Source: an uncultured Candidatus Saccharibacteria bacterium
GTDB taxonomy: Bacteria; Patescibacteriota; Minisyncoccia; Phycocordibacterales; UBA9988
DNA: 33,415 nt
Assembly: GCA_964574105.1 (NCBI GenBank)
Contig: CAZNKH010000004.1
Location: 1-33,415, forward strand
Reading direction: 5' to 3'
The notes beneath the pieces are model-generated. The model searched no databases, was not told where the DNA came from, and was given only the letters and a program-made list of their open reading frames with translations. A program made the translations under genes and the position numbers. Positions 1 through 8,153 of this stretch are shown in pieces (positions within the stretch are counted from its first letter, which is position 1; each line of letters opens with the position of its first letter).

Positions 1-28
1 TTGTTCCTTGGTACTTAGCACCTGCTAC

Positions 29-454
29 TTATTTGATCACCTCTACTCCCATAGAGCGGGCAGTGCCCTCTATCATACGCATAGCCCCCTCAATATCGGC
101 GACATTCAAGTCTACCATCTTCTTCTCGGCAATCTCTTTAACCTGTGCCTTAGTAATTCTCCCTACCTTCTGTGTGCCTGTTTTGCCAGCACCTTTATCC
201 AGCTTGGCGGCTTTCAGAATAAATTGTGGGACGGGAGAGGTTTTGAGGATAAAGTCAAAGCTCCGGTCGTCGTAAATACTCACAATCACAGGAACAATAT
301 CCCCTGCCATTTGCGCGGTTGCCGCGTTGAACTTACTCACAAAGTCGCCGATGTTGATACCAGCTGGCCCAAGCGCCGTACCTACCGGCGGAGCTGGGGT
401 CGCCTTCCCTGCAGGGATCTGGAGCTTTATCTCTTTGGTTACTTTCTTAGCCAT
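29..454 (-). CDS. rplK: 50S ribosomal protein L11 (uL11)
   Basis: 141-aa ORF. The N-terminus [32 protein letters not shown] is the classic uL11 signature. It sits directly downstream of nusG, as in the conserved secE-nusG-rplK cluster. Confidence 0.95.
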   Translation of the reverse strand: MAKKVTKEIKLQIPAGKATPAPPVGTALGPAGINIGDFVSKFNAATAQMAGDIVPVIVSIYDDRSFDFILKTSPVPQFILKAAKLDKGAGKTGTQKVGRITKAQVKEIAEKKMVDLNVADIEGAMRMIEGTARSMGVEVIK

Positions 455-464
455 ACGCGTCTCC

Positions 465-1040
465 TTATATCCTTTTTACCTGTAAAAAGTCAAGTTCCAA
501 GGGGGTCTCGCGGCCAAACATAGATACGAGTACTTTCACCTTACCGCGATCAGTATCTACCTCAGCAACTTTACCCTCAAAGTCTTTAAATGGACCATCA
601 ACAATCTGCACTGACTCTCCGGTAACGAGCTCAATGGTATGTTTGACCGTCTCATCACCCATACGGGAGAAGAGCTCGGCAACCTCCTTTTCGTTCAGTG
701 GAACAGGGATTACTCCAGAGCCAACGAATCCGGTCACACGCGGCGTATTGCGCACCACATACCAGCTCTCGGGATCATAGATCATCTCCACCAGCACATA
801 GCCGGGGTAAATCTTCTCTTCCACCGTGATGCGCTTGCCACCCTTCACCTTCACAATCTTTTCAATCGGCACCATCACATTAAAGATCTTCCCTTCCATC
901 CCAAGAGACTCTATGCGCTGTTTGAGGTTCCTGAGCACCGTATTCTCGTAGCCGGAGTAGGTGTGGATTGCATACCAGCATTTGTCGCCAGAGGGCGATG
1001 TCTCAAGGAGAGAGTCTGATTGTGGAGCGTCAGATTCCAT
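465..1040 (-). CDS. nusG: Transcription termination/antitermination factor NusG
   Basis: 191-aa ORF. It has an NGN domain ([22 protein letters not shown]) and a C-terminal KOW motif ([22 protein letters not shown]). It lies between secE and rplK. Confidence 0.93.
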   Translation of the reverse strand: MESDAPQSDSLLETSPSGDKCWYAIHTYSGYENTVLRNLKQRIESLGMEGKIFNVMVPIEKIVKVKGGKRITVEEKIYPGYVLVEMIYDPESWYVVRNTPRVTGFVGSGVIPVPLNEKEVAELFSRMGDETVKHTIELVTGESVQIVDGPFKDFEGKVAEVDTDRGKVKVLVSMFGRETPLELDFLQVKRI

Positions 1041-1045
1041 AGGTA

Positions 1046-1225
1046 TTACACAATAAGTGCGCCAATAAGGTAGGTAAAGACAAGGTCAAAGAGTGCAAGA
1101 AAGAGTGATATGCCCGCAGAAAAAATAATCACCGTCAAAGTAAAATTGACTGCCTGATTGCGCGTTGGCCAATTCACATGATTGAGCTCACGCTTGGTCT
1201 CTTCAAGATATGTTCCAATACTCAT
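1046..1225 (-). CDS. secE: Preprotein translocase subunit SecE (59 aa, below the ORF-track cutoff)
   Basis: My own translation of the minus strand gives MSIGTYLEETKRELNHVNWPTRNQAVNFTLTVIIFSAGISLFLALFDLVFTYLIGALIV*. It has the E.K.V.WP motif followed by a single TM helix. The position immediately upstream of nusG is canonical. Confidence 0.8.
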   Translation of the reverse strand: MSIGTYLEETKRELNHVNWPTRNQAVNFTLTVIIFSAGISLFLALFDLVFTYLIGALIV

Positions 1226-1236
1226 AGATGTAGTCT

Positions 1237-1297
1237 AAATAAAAACGCCCCGCAGGGCAACTCATATAGAGTACACCCGCGGGACATTCTTTGTCAA
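1237..1297 (-). promoter_or_regulatory. Candidate secE-nusG-rplK promoter (TTGACA-18-TACTCT) followed by a short GC hairpin and U-tract leader
   Basis: On the minus strand, TTGACA lies at 1297-1292 and TACTCT at 1273-1268. A GCCC-TGCG-GGGC hairpin (1258-1247) is followed by GTTTTTATTT. The stem is only 4 bp and the -10 is weak. Confidence 0.3.
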
Positions 1298-1329
1298 GTG
1301 ATTACAAAAAGAGAAATGAGTAGACTATT

Positions 1330-2172
1330 TTACGAGCGTTTGCCTACCTTACGGCGAGAGACAATGAAGAGATTTGAGTACTTTTTAGGGCGACGCGTCT
1401 TTTGACCCTTGCCAGTTGGCTTACCCCATGCACTCTTCGCACGGCGAAGACCGCGTCCTTGGCGTCCTTCACCACCTCCGTATGGGTGATCAACGGGGTT
1501 CATCGCGCTGCCGCGCACAGTGGGGCGGATCCCCATCCAGCGAGAGCGGCCAGCCTTCCCTATCTTTACCAGCTTGTACTCCTCATTAGAGACTGCACCG
1601 ATGCTCGCCCATGCATTCTCACTAATGCGATGCACCTCCGTTGAAGGCAGCTTCACATTCACATAGCCTGCGTTTGAACCTAAGACCTCTGCAAAACTTC
1701 CTGCCGAGCGTACCAACTTGGCACCGCCCTTAGGCTTCATTTCAATGTTGTATATAAAGGTTCCTGCAGGAATGCGCTTCAAAGGTACGCGGTTCCCCAC
1801 CTTCAATTCCGCTTTTTCAGAGACAATAAAGGTATCCCCCGCCTTCATATTCTGCGGGATGAGTACATAGCGTCGCTCACCGTCGCGATAGAGTGCAACC
1901 CCAATAAAGCCTGACCGATTTGGATCATACTCAACAGACTTAAGCTGTGCAGGAATATCGTACTTGTTGTAACTAAAATCAACTGCACGGTAGAGCCGTT
2001 TATGCCCGCCACCCTTATGGCGTACCGTGACTCGCCCGTCCGCATTCCTTCCCACATGGCGTTTACCACCTGTTGTTAGTGACTTGAGCGGCTTGGCATG
2101 CGTCAATACCCCCTTGTATGTAACAGTGCTCATATTGCGGCGCGATGGTGTTGTTGCGTGATATGTTTTCAT
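1330..2172 (-). CDS. rplB: 50S ribosomal protein L2 (uL2)
   Basis: 280-aa ORF. Conserved uL2 blocks are present (GGGHKR, MNPVDHPYGGGEGR). It follows rplW. Confidence 0.95.
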   Translation of the reverse strand: MKTYHATTPSRRNMSTVTYKGVLTHAKPLKSLTTGGKRHVGRNADGRVTVRHKGGGHKRLYRAVDFSYNKYDIPAQLKSVEYDPNRSGFIGVALYRDGERRYVLIPQNMKAGDTFIVSEKAELKVGNRVPLKRIPAGTFIYNIEMKPKGGAKLVRSAGSFAEVLGSNAGYVNVKLPSTEVHRISENAWASIGAVSNEEYKLVKIGKAGRSRWMGIRPTVRGSAMNPVDHPYGGGEGRQGRGLRRAKSAWGKPTGKGQKTRRPKKYSNLFIVSRRKVGKRS

Positions 2173-2181
2173 ACAGTATGA

Positions 2182-2484
2182 CTATCCTAATTCAATCGTC
2201 TCCCCCTTCTTTAAAAAGACAATCGCTTTTTTAAATCCTGCTCGCACGCCACGTATACCACGACGACCAACACGACGCTTGGATGGAACAGAGATAACAT
2301 TCACTTTTATCGGGTTTACCTTATAGAGCTCTTTCACCGTACGGATAATATCACTCTTCGTTGCACGCGCTGATGCAACAAATACATATGCCCCCTTCTC
2401 GGCAAGTCCTGCTGCGCGCTCGGTGACATGCGGTTTAATGAGTGTCGTGGCGCTCCGTTTCGTGTTGTGTGCAATGGACGACAT
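2182..2484 (-). CDS. rplW: 50S ribosomal protein L23 (uL23)
   Basis: 100-aa ORF placed between rplD and rplB. uL23-like core (KPHVTERA...YVFVASARATKSDIIRTVKELYKV). Confidence 0.9.
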   Translation of the reverse strand: MSSIAHNTKRSATTLIKPHVTERAAGLAEKGAYVFVASARATKSDIIRTVKELYKVNPIKVNVISVPSKRRVGRRGIRGVRAGFKKAIVFLKKGETIELG

Positions 2485-2485
2485 A

Positions 2486-3151
2486 CTATTTACTCATCCG
2501 CTCAGAAAGTTTTTTAAAACCGTCCTTCGGATTTGCAATAACAATGTACTCGTAGGTAAGCAAATCCATTGGACTTACGGTGCGCAACTCCTCAACGCGG
2601 ACACTGGGGATATTACGAAAACCCTTTACCATATCTCCCTCAAGAGCAGGAGTGGTAATAAGCGCGCGCTTGCCACGGGAGTAGCGTAGATGTGGACAAT
2701 TCGCAATCTCGGCAAGCTTACCGAGGCGTTGTGATGCCTCCTTTGTTTTTGGTACTGAGAGCGCCGCCCCCTCCACGAAGAGAATCTCCCCATCACGCAA
2801 TTTCTGTGAGAGTACCGTAAGTAGTGCCTTGTCGCGCATCTTTTTATTTATTTTCCGCACATAGTTACGCTCGTTTGTCGGCCCGTGAGTAACTCCACCA
2901 CCCTTCCACAAAGGCGAGCGAACAGAGCCGTGACGAGCTCGGCCAGTCCCCTTTTGGCGCCAGGGCTTTCTACCGCCACCGCGCACATCTCCACGATCTT
3001 TTGTGTGTGCGGTATTAGTGCGTGCATTACTACGCATTGCAGTAATCACTTGGTGTACGAGGTCTGCATTCCACGGGAGTGCAAAAAATTCACCCGGTAC
3101 AGTGACCGTCCCCGCCTTCTTACCATCCCATGTGTATACTTCGTGTTCCAT
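2486..3151 (-). CDS. rplD: 50S ribosomal protein L4 (uL4)
   Basis: uL4 motifs are present (GGGRKPWRQKGTGRARHGS). The ORF track extends to 3190, which would overlap the rplC stop at 3171. The ATG at 3151 (MEHEVYTWDGKK) leaves a 19-nt gap and is the more likely start. Confidence 0.92.
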   Translation of the reverse strand: MEHEVYTWDGKKAGTVTVPGEFFALPWNADLVHQVITAMRSNARTNTAHTKDRGDVRGGGRKPWRQKGTGRARHGSVRSPLWKGGGVTHGPTNERNYVRKINKKMRDKALLTVLSQKLRDGEILFVEGAALSVPKTKEASQRLGKLAEIANCPHLRYSRGKRALITTPALEGDMVKGFRNIPSVRVEELRTVSPMDLLTYEYIVIANPKDGFKKLSERMSK

Positions 3152-3170
3152 ATTCTTTATCCGCTCAGCA

Positions 3171-3785
3171 CTATACGGCCGTAACAGCAATCAGCGTTCC
3201 GCGGCGACCGGGGATTGCTCCTCCGATATAGAGCTCACCCTTCTCGGTATCAACACGGAGTACTTTCAAATTTTTAACCGTTACCTGATCTCCTCCCATA
3301 CGGCCCCCCATACGGATCCCCTTAAATACGCGCTGTACACCAGAGGCCCCAATAGAGCCTGGCTCGCGCTCGGAATGCTTTTGGCCGTGACTGCGACGCC
3401 CACCGTGAAAGCCGTGACGCTTCACTACACCCTGAAAGCCCTTCCCCTTAGAGATGCCAGAGACCATTACGGTGTCGCCGGCGATAAATTGACTCACATC
3501 CATCGTGTCACCTACCTTTTTTTCATCATCCTCCTCTACGCGAAACTCTTTAAGCGTCTTAAAGAGCCCGCCAGAGGCCTTGAGATGCCCCTTGAGTGGT
3601 TTGGTGATCGACTTCTCTTTTGCCACAGCAAAGCCCACTTGAATGGCAGTATAGCCATCCCTCTTTTTTGTACGGACTTGTGTCACGGTGACGGGACCGG
3701 CTTTGAGTACGGTTGCGCCATAGGCGTTACCGCTCTCATCAAAGAGTTCCGTCATCGCTTCCTTTGTGGCGAGTAAGTACTTCAT
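3171..3785 (-). CDS. rplC: 50S ribosomal protein L3 (uL3)
   Basis: 204-aa ORF with uL3 blocks (GKGFQGVVKRHGFHGG, GSIGA). It follows rpsJ. Confidence 0.95.
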   Translation of the reverse strand: MKYLLATKEAMTELFDESGNAYGATVLKAGPVTVTQVRTKKRDGYTAIQVGFAVAKEKSITKPLKGHLKASGGLFKTLKEFRVEEDDEKKVGDTMDVSQFIAGDTVMVSGISKGKGFQGVVKRHGFHGGRRSHGQKHSEREPGSIGASGVQRVFKGIRMGGRMGGDQVTVKNLKVLRVDTEKGELYIGGAIPGRRGTLIAVTAV

Positions 3786-3792
3786 AGAATAA

Positions 3793-4194
3793 CTACATCA
3801 TCTTCACATCAATATGCACACCCGACGGGAGTGAGAGGTTGGTAAGACTCTCAACAATCTTTGGATTAGGATTCAAGATGTCTAAGAGTCGTTTATGAAT
3901 ACGCATCTCAAATTGCTCACGCGAGTTCTTATCAATAAAGGACGCGCGATTCACAGTGTAACGCTTAATACCTGTTGGGAGTGGCACAGGACCGCGCATT
4001 TTGGCATCGTAGCGGAGTGCAGTATCTACAATCTGTTTGACTGAAGCATCCAGCACCTTATTCTCGTATGCAGAAATACGGATGCGAAGTTTCCCCAACT
4101 CACCTTCCTTGAGTGCTACCTTAGCCACGCTCGCCCGCTTGCGCGGAGTCGCAGAACTCTTAGTCTTTGCTTTTGTCGGAGTCGTCGTAGTCAT
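3793..4194 (-). CDS. rpsJ: 30S ribosomal protein S10 (uS10) with a Lys/Thr/Ala-rich N-terminal extension of about 30 aa
   Basis: The core KLRIRISAYENKVLD...GPVPLPT...FEMRIHKRLLDI matches uS10. The track start at 4209 is TTG; the first ATG is at 4194 (MTTTTPTKAK...). Confidence 0.92.
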   Translation of the reverse strand: MTTTTPTKAKTKSSATPRKRASVAKVALKEGELGKLRIRISAYENKVLDASVKQIVDTALRYDAKMRGPVPLPTGIKRYTVNRASFIDKNSREQFEMRIHKRLLDILNPNPKIVESLTNLSLPSGVHIDVKMM

Positions 4195-4233
4195 AGTGTG
4201 AAGGAACAAGATGAGTGCAAAACGCGCTCCTTA

Positions 4234-5427
4234 TTAGGCAATAATCTTGGTTACTGTACCGGCGCCCACGGTGTGGCCACCTTCGCGAATGGCAAAGCGC
4301 TGTTTCTCCTCCAATGCAACTGGGGCAACCAGCTTTACTTTGAAGGTAGCGGTGTCGCCAGGCATAACCATCTCAACACCCTCATTTAGATTCACATCAC
4401 CCGTTACATCCGTGGTACGGATATAGAATTGTGGCTTGTAACCATTAAAGAACGGCGTGTGACGGCCACCCTCATCTTTGGTGAGAATATAGGCTTGTGC
4501 TTCAAATTCAGTATGAGGCGTCACTGATCCTGTCTTAGAGAGTACCTGTCCGCGAGTAATATCCTCCTTTTTAACACCGCGCAGAAGAATACCGGCATTG
4601 TCGCCCGCCATACCCTCGTCAAGCTGTTTGTTGAACATTTCAATTCCGGTCACCGTTGTTTTGACAGTATCTTTGATACCGACAATCTCTACTTCATCAC
4701 CGACCTTCACTACACCGCGCTCAATACGGCCGGTTACCACAGTACCGCGTCCTTCAATTGAGAAGATGTCTTCAATCGGCATGAGGAATGGCTTAGAAGT
4801 GTCGCGAACTGGTTCAGGGATGTACTCATCAAGCGCCTTAGCAAGCTCTAGAATCGGCTTTGCGGCCTCATCCTCGGCTGACTTTGCGTCAAGTGCTTTG
4901 AGTGCAGACCCACGAATGACTGGGGTTGCTTTGCCGTCGTACTCGTACTTGGTCAAAAGATCACGGACCTCCTCCTCAACAAGATCAACGAGCTCCTTAT
5001 CGTCAACCATATCTACCTTATTTAAGAAGACCACAATCTTTGGCACACCCACTTGACGGGCAAGAATAATGTGCTCACGCGTCTGGGGCATCACACCGTC
5101 AGTTGCGGCAACCACAATTACCGCGCCATCCATTTGGGCGGCACCGGTAATCATGTTCTTAATGTAATCGGCATGACCAGGCGCATCAATGTGTGCGTAG
5201 TGACGAGTCGCTGTCTCGTACTCATTGTGAGAAAGCGCAATGGTAATACCGCGCTCGCGCTCTTCAGGAGCATTGTCAATCTCGTTGACTCCGCGCATTT
5301 TAACCTTATTCCCCGCGAGGTTAAGGACATGCAAGATAGCCGCGGTGAGCGTTGTCTTGCCGTGGTCAACGTGTCCGATGGTGCCGACATTAACATGCGG
5401 CTTGGAACGATCAAATTTGTCTGCCAT
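4234..5427 (-). CDS. tuf: Elongation factor Tu
   Basis: 397-aa ORF with G-domain motifs [14 protein letters not shown] (E. coli has DCPGH at this position) and NKVD. The EF-Tu signature is visible end to end. Confidence 0.98.
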   Translation of the reverse strand: MADKFDRSKPHVNVGTIGHVDHGKTTLTAAILHVLNLAGNKVKMRGVNEIDNAPEERERGITIALSHNEYETATRHYAHIDAPGHADYIKNMITGAAQMDGAVIVVAATDGVMPQTREHIILARQVGVPKIVVFLNKVDMVDDKELVDLVEEEVRDLLTKYEYDGKATPVIRGSALKALDAKSAEDEAAKPILELAKALDEYIPEPVRDTSKPFLMPIEDIFSIEGRGTVVTGRIERGVVKVGDEVEIVGIKDTVKTTVTGIEMFNKQLDEGMAGDNAGILLRGVKKEDITRGQVLSKTGSVTPHTEFEAQAYILTKDEGGRHTPFFNGYKPQFYIRTTDVTGDVNLNEGVEMVMPGDTATFKVKLVAPVALEEKQRFAIREGGHTVGAGTVTKIIA

Positions 5428-5477
5428 AGTGCTGTTGTTGATTAAATAATGAATGCTAATAACACGACTCTTTCACA

Positions 5478-5530
5478 TCCGTGCGGACACGGACGCTGTT
5501 TGTACAATAAAAAGCACGCAGAATGCGTAC
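5478..5530 (-). promoter_or_regulatory. tuf 5' leader hairpins: a promoter-proximal stem plus U-tract, and a second stem carrying the AGCGTCCGTGTCCG motif
   Basis: On the minus strand, GTACGCA-TTC-TGCGTGC (5530-5514) is followed by TTTTTATTG. A second hairpin, TCCGTG-TCCG-CACGGA, lies at 5493-5478. Confidence 0.35.
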
Positions 5531-5535
5531 CTAGG

Positions 5536-5563
5536 ATACTAACAGAACTCCAAAGGAAGTCAA
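5536..5563 (-). promoter_or_regulatory. Candidate sigma-70-type promoter for tuf (TTGACT-16-TAGTAT)
   Basis: On the minus strand, TTGACT lies at 5563-5558 and TAGTAT at 5541-5536. It sits about 100 nt upstream of the tuf ATG and downstream of the fusA terminator. Confidence 0.45.
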
Positions 5564-5601
5564 CCCCATAAAACTCGTGTGCTCGCCAGAGGGCAGACCT
5601 C

Positions 5602-5643
5602 TTGGTAGAATATATTGACAGATAGACTGTAATATGCTACTAT
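5602..5643 (+). promoter_or_regulatory. Tandem plus-strand promoters antisense to the str operon: TGgTAGAAT extended -10 and TTGACA-17-TACTAT
   Basis: TG lies at 5603-5604 with TAGAAT at 5606-5611. TTGACA is at 5615-5620, followed by a 17-nt spacer and TACTAT at 5638-5643. Confidence 0.5.
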
Positions 5644-5649
5644 AAGCAA

Positions 5650-5962
5650 AGGCATTAAGTACCGGAAAAACGACTTGGTCTTTGAAAGGGAGTTTTGATG
5701 GAGAAGATACAATTGAGATTCGTGTCGATGGCACCCGCATTGCCAACATTGTAGAGATACAAAATAAGCGCGATTATCTCATTATCACTGATAGATCAGT
5801 TAGAGCAATGTTCGTCATACGCGCTTCTGATTGCCGCAGGCGTAACAACACCTGCACTCCTACTGAACAAGTTCCTCCGTCACCAAGTAATTCTTACTAG
5901 GTGCATAATCCCCTTCTTGCAGTCCCACCTCTATTTTGGCCCTCCACAACGAGGGCCTTTTT
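5650..5962 (+). other. Orphan transcription unit of about 310 nt with unknown product (sRNA, small protein or gene remnant)
   Basis: The unit is bounded by the promoters at 5602-5643 and the terminator at 5938-5962. It contains a 72-codon TTG-start ORF (5682-5900) and an 18-codon ATG ORF (5698-5754). The short ORF has AAGGGAG 5 nt upstream. I could not assign either ORF to a family. Confidence 0.35.
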
Positions 5963-5970
5963 GTTTGTTT
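5938..5970 (+). terminator. Rho-independent terminator (GGCCCTC-CACAAC-GAGGGCC plus TTTTTGTTTGTTT)
   Basis: A 7-bp GC-rich stem (5938-5944 / 5951-5957) is followed directly by a T-run. Confidence 0.6.
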
Positions 5971-5974
5971 AACA

Positions 5975-6007
5975 AAAAATGACTGAAGTCAGACTTCAGT
6001 CATTTTT
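5975..6007. terminator. 33-nt perfect palindrome: bidirectional terminator just after the fusA stop, and copy 1 of a repeated palindrome
   Basis: The sequence is AAAAATGACTGAAGTC-A-GACTTCAGTCATTTTT, with an A-run on one side and a T-run on the other. It starts 9 nt past the fusA stop codon. Confidence 0.65.
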
Positions 6008-6016
6008 ACATTAAGG

Positions 6017-8149
6017 TTATTTACGGGATTCAATGATACTCGCAGCGACACTCTGTGGCACAATGGCGTACTCTAAGAACTCCATCGTGAAGGTTGCGCG
6101 TCCCTCTGTCATTGAACGCAATGAGGTCACATAGCCAAACATCTCTGAAAGAGGAACCTTAGCACGAATTACTCGGTTGCCTCCGCGCTCCTCCATACCC
6201 TCAATCTGCCCGCGCTTACTGGAAAGATTACCGGTTACATCACCCATAAACTTCTCAGGTGTGACGACCTCTACTTTCATAATCGGCTCAAGTATAACTG
6301 GCTTTGCTTGGCGTGCAGCATCCTGCAAAGCCATAGAGCCCGCCATCTTGAAGGCCATTTCAGACGAGTCTACCTCATGATAAGAGCCATCGTAGAGATC
6401 AACAGACATATCTACCAATTCAAACCCTGCAAGCACTCCACGGCTCATACCCTCACGAATACCCTTCTCTACGGCAGGGATGTACTCCTGCGGAATGACA
6501 CCACCCTTGATATTGTTGATGAATTCAAATCCTTGCTCGCGTATCACATTTTTGGGAATCTTTGTCCCTTCTTCTATTTTTTCTAAGGGCTTCACGCGGA
6601 TACGCACATGGCCGTATTGACCACGGCCACCCGATTGTTTGATGTATTTATTTTCCACCTCGGCGGTACCGGTAATAGTCTCACGATAAGCTACCTGGGG
6701 ATTACCCACATTCGCCTCCACATTAAACTCGCGCTTCATACGCTCAACAATAATGTCTAAATGAAGCTCACCCATACCAGAGATGATGGTCTCCCCCGTC
6801 TCTTGATCTGATTTAATTCTAAAGGTTGGGTCCTCATCTGAGAGACGCTTCAATGCCATGCCCATCTTCTCTTGATCGGCTTTCGTCTTTGGTTCAATAC
6901 GCAGTGAGACCACCGGTTCAGGGAATTCAATCTTTTCTAAGAGTACCGGGTGCTCGGCATCACAGAGGGTATCAGAAGTCTTACTACTCTTGAGCCCTAC
7001 CATTGCGGCAATCTCCCCAGCATGAACATCTTTTACATCCTCACGGTGATTGGCGTGCATACGCACAATGCGTCCAACACGCTCTTTAGAATTTGTTGTC
7101 GCGTTATAAATATAGGATCCAGCCTCAACTACACCCGAGTACACACGGAAGTAGGTCAGCTGACCAACAAAGGGGTCCGTCTGCACCTTAAAGGCAAGTG
7201 CGGCAAAGGGCTCATCATCTGTGGCGTGACGGACAATCTCCTCTCCATTGTTCGGATCTGTTCCTATTATTGGTGGTATGTCTAGCGGTGAGGGGAGGTA
7301 GTCAACAACCGCATCAAGAACCAACTGGACACCCTTATTCTTGAGGGCAGAACCGCAGAAGACGGGGACGATGTCATTAGCGATGCAGGCCTTGCGTAAA
7401 ATCTCCTTGAGCTTTTGTGTAGGGACTTCTTCTCCGCCCAAGTACTGAGTCATTGCCTCGTCATCATACTCAACAATTTTCTCTATCAACACATCGTGAT
7501 ACTTTTTTGCTTCAGCAAGATACTGCTCGGGGATTGTCTGCTCATTGACAGCCTTCCCTTTATCACCTTCAAAGAAGTAGGCCTTCATGGTGAGGAGGTC
7601 TATCACTCCCTCGTGCGCCTCACTCTCACCTATTGGTATCTGCATTCGTACTGCGCGTGTGGTTAAGCGATCTAAAATTGTTTTGAAGGAGTGTTCAAAG
7701 GAAGCCCCCATGCGATCCATCTTATTCACAAAACAGATGCGTGGCACTTTACCCTCGTCTGCATAACGCCAGTTAGTCTCTGATTGAGGCTCAACGCCAG
7801 CCACACCGTCAAATACCACCACTGCACCGTCTAAGACGCGGAGACTGCGCTTTACTTCAGCGGTAAAGTCGATGTGTCCGGGTGTATCAATGATATTAAA
7901 ATGGTAGGACTGTTCGGTATCTCCGTTTGCATAAGTAGGGATCCATGATGCAGTTGTTGCGGCGGAGGTAATGGTGATGCCGCGCTCGCGCTCCTGTTCC
8001 ATCCAGTCCATTATTGCCTCACCCTCGTGCACTTCACCAATCTTGTGTGAGAGCCCGGTGTAAAACAAGATGCGCTCACTGGTCGTGGTCTTACCAGCGT
8101 CAATGTGCGCAATGATACCAAAGTTGCGTGTCTTAGAAAGGTTGGGCAT
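6017..8149 (-). CDS. fusA: Elongation factor G
   Basis: 710-aa ORF with [14 protein letters not shown] and NKMD motifs. EF-G domains are visible throughout. It follows rpsG with a 4-nt gap. Confidence 0.98.
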   Translation of the reverse strand: MPNLSKTRNFGIIAHIDAGKTTTSERILFYTGLSHKIGEVHEGEAIMDWMEQERERGITITSAATTASWIPTYANGDTEQSYHFNIIDTPGHIDFTAEVKRSLRVLDGAVVVFDGVAGVEPQSETNWRYADEGKVPRICFVNKMDRMGASFEHSFKTILDRLTTRAVRMQIPIGESEAHEGVIDLLTMKAYFFEGDKGKAVNEQTIPEQYLAEAKKYHDVLIEKIVEYDDEAMTQYLGGEEVPTQKLKEILRKACIANDIVPVFCGSALKNKGVQLVLDAVVDYLPSPLDIPPIIGTDPNNGEEIVRHATDDEPFAALAFKVQTDPFVGQLTYFRVYSGVVEAGSYIYNATTNSKERVGRIVRMHANHREDVKDVHAGEIAAMVGLKSSKTSDTLCDAEHPVLLEKIEFPEPVVSLRIEPKTKADQEKMGMALKRLSDEDPTFRIKSDQETGETIISGMGELHLDIIVERMKREFNVEANVGNPQVAYRETITGTAEVENKYIKQSGGRGQYGHVRIRVKPLEKIEEGTKIPKNVIREQGFEFINNIKGGVIPQEYIPAVEKGIREGMSRGVLAGFELVDMSVDLYDGSYHEVDSSEMAFKMAGSMALQDAARQAKPVILEPIMKVEVVTPEKFMGDVTGNLSSKRGQIEGMEERGGNRVIRAKVPLSEMFGYVTSLRSMTEGRATFTMEFLEYAIVPQSVAASIIESRK

Positions 8150-8153
8150 TTAT

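Noticed and set aside
1231-1328. 7-nt inverted repeat TAGTCTA / TAGACTA bracketing the rplB-secE spacer, as a possible insertion scar
   Set aside because: It is too short to distinguish from chance in an AT-rich 100-nt spacer. There are no target-site duplications or mobile-element genes.
3003-3776. 257-aa plus-strand ORF, and many similar track ORFs (for example 639..1019+, 4598..5056+, 10694..11179+, 16313..16774+, 22876..23337+, 25518..25946+)
   Set aside because: All are antisense to strongly conserved genes (rplC/rplD, nusG, tuf, comEC, pgk, pilB, the secreted protein). Their low-complexity Ser/Arg/Pro-rich translations have no recognisable motifs. They are shadow ORFs.
5783-5800. Overlapping palindromes TATCA-C-TGATA and ACTGAT-AG-ATCAGT; TATCACTGATAG matches 12 nt of the Tn10 tetO operator as I remember it
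   Set aside because: There is no TetR-family gene in the window. The site lies inside the transcribed unit rather than at a promoter. A short palindromic match can arise by chance or simply form an RNA hairpin. It is noted only as a detail of the orphan unit.
5650-5962. Possible tmRNA, RNase P RNA, SRP RNA or 6S RNA in the fusA-tuf spacer
   Set aside because: I looked for a GGGG 5' end plus a T-arm/CCA-type 3' end and an Ala-rich tag ORF (tmRNA). I also looked for GAGGAAAGUCC (RNase P) and the GGAAGCAGCC-type domain IV (SRP). None is present. The short ORF ends in ...ALPTL, not a typical ssrA tag. 6S RNA cannot be excluded by eye.
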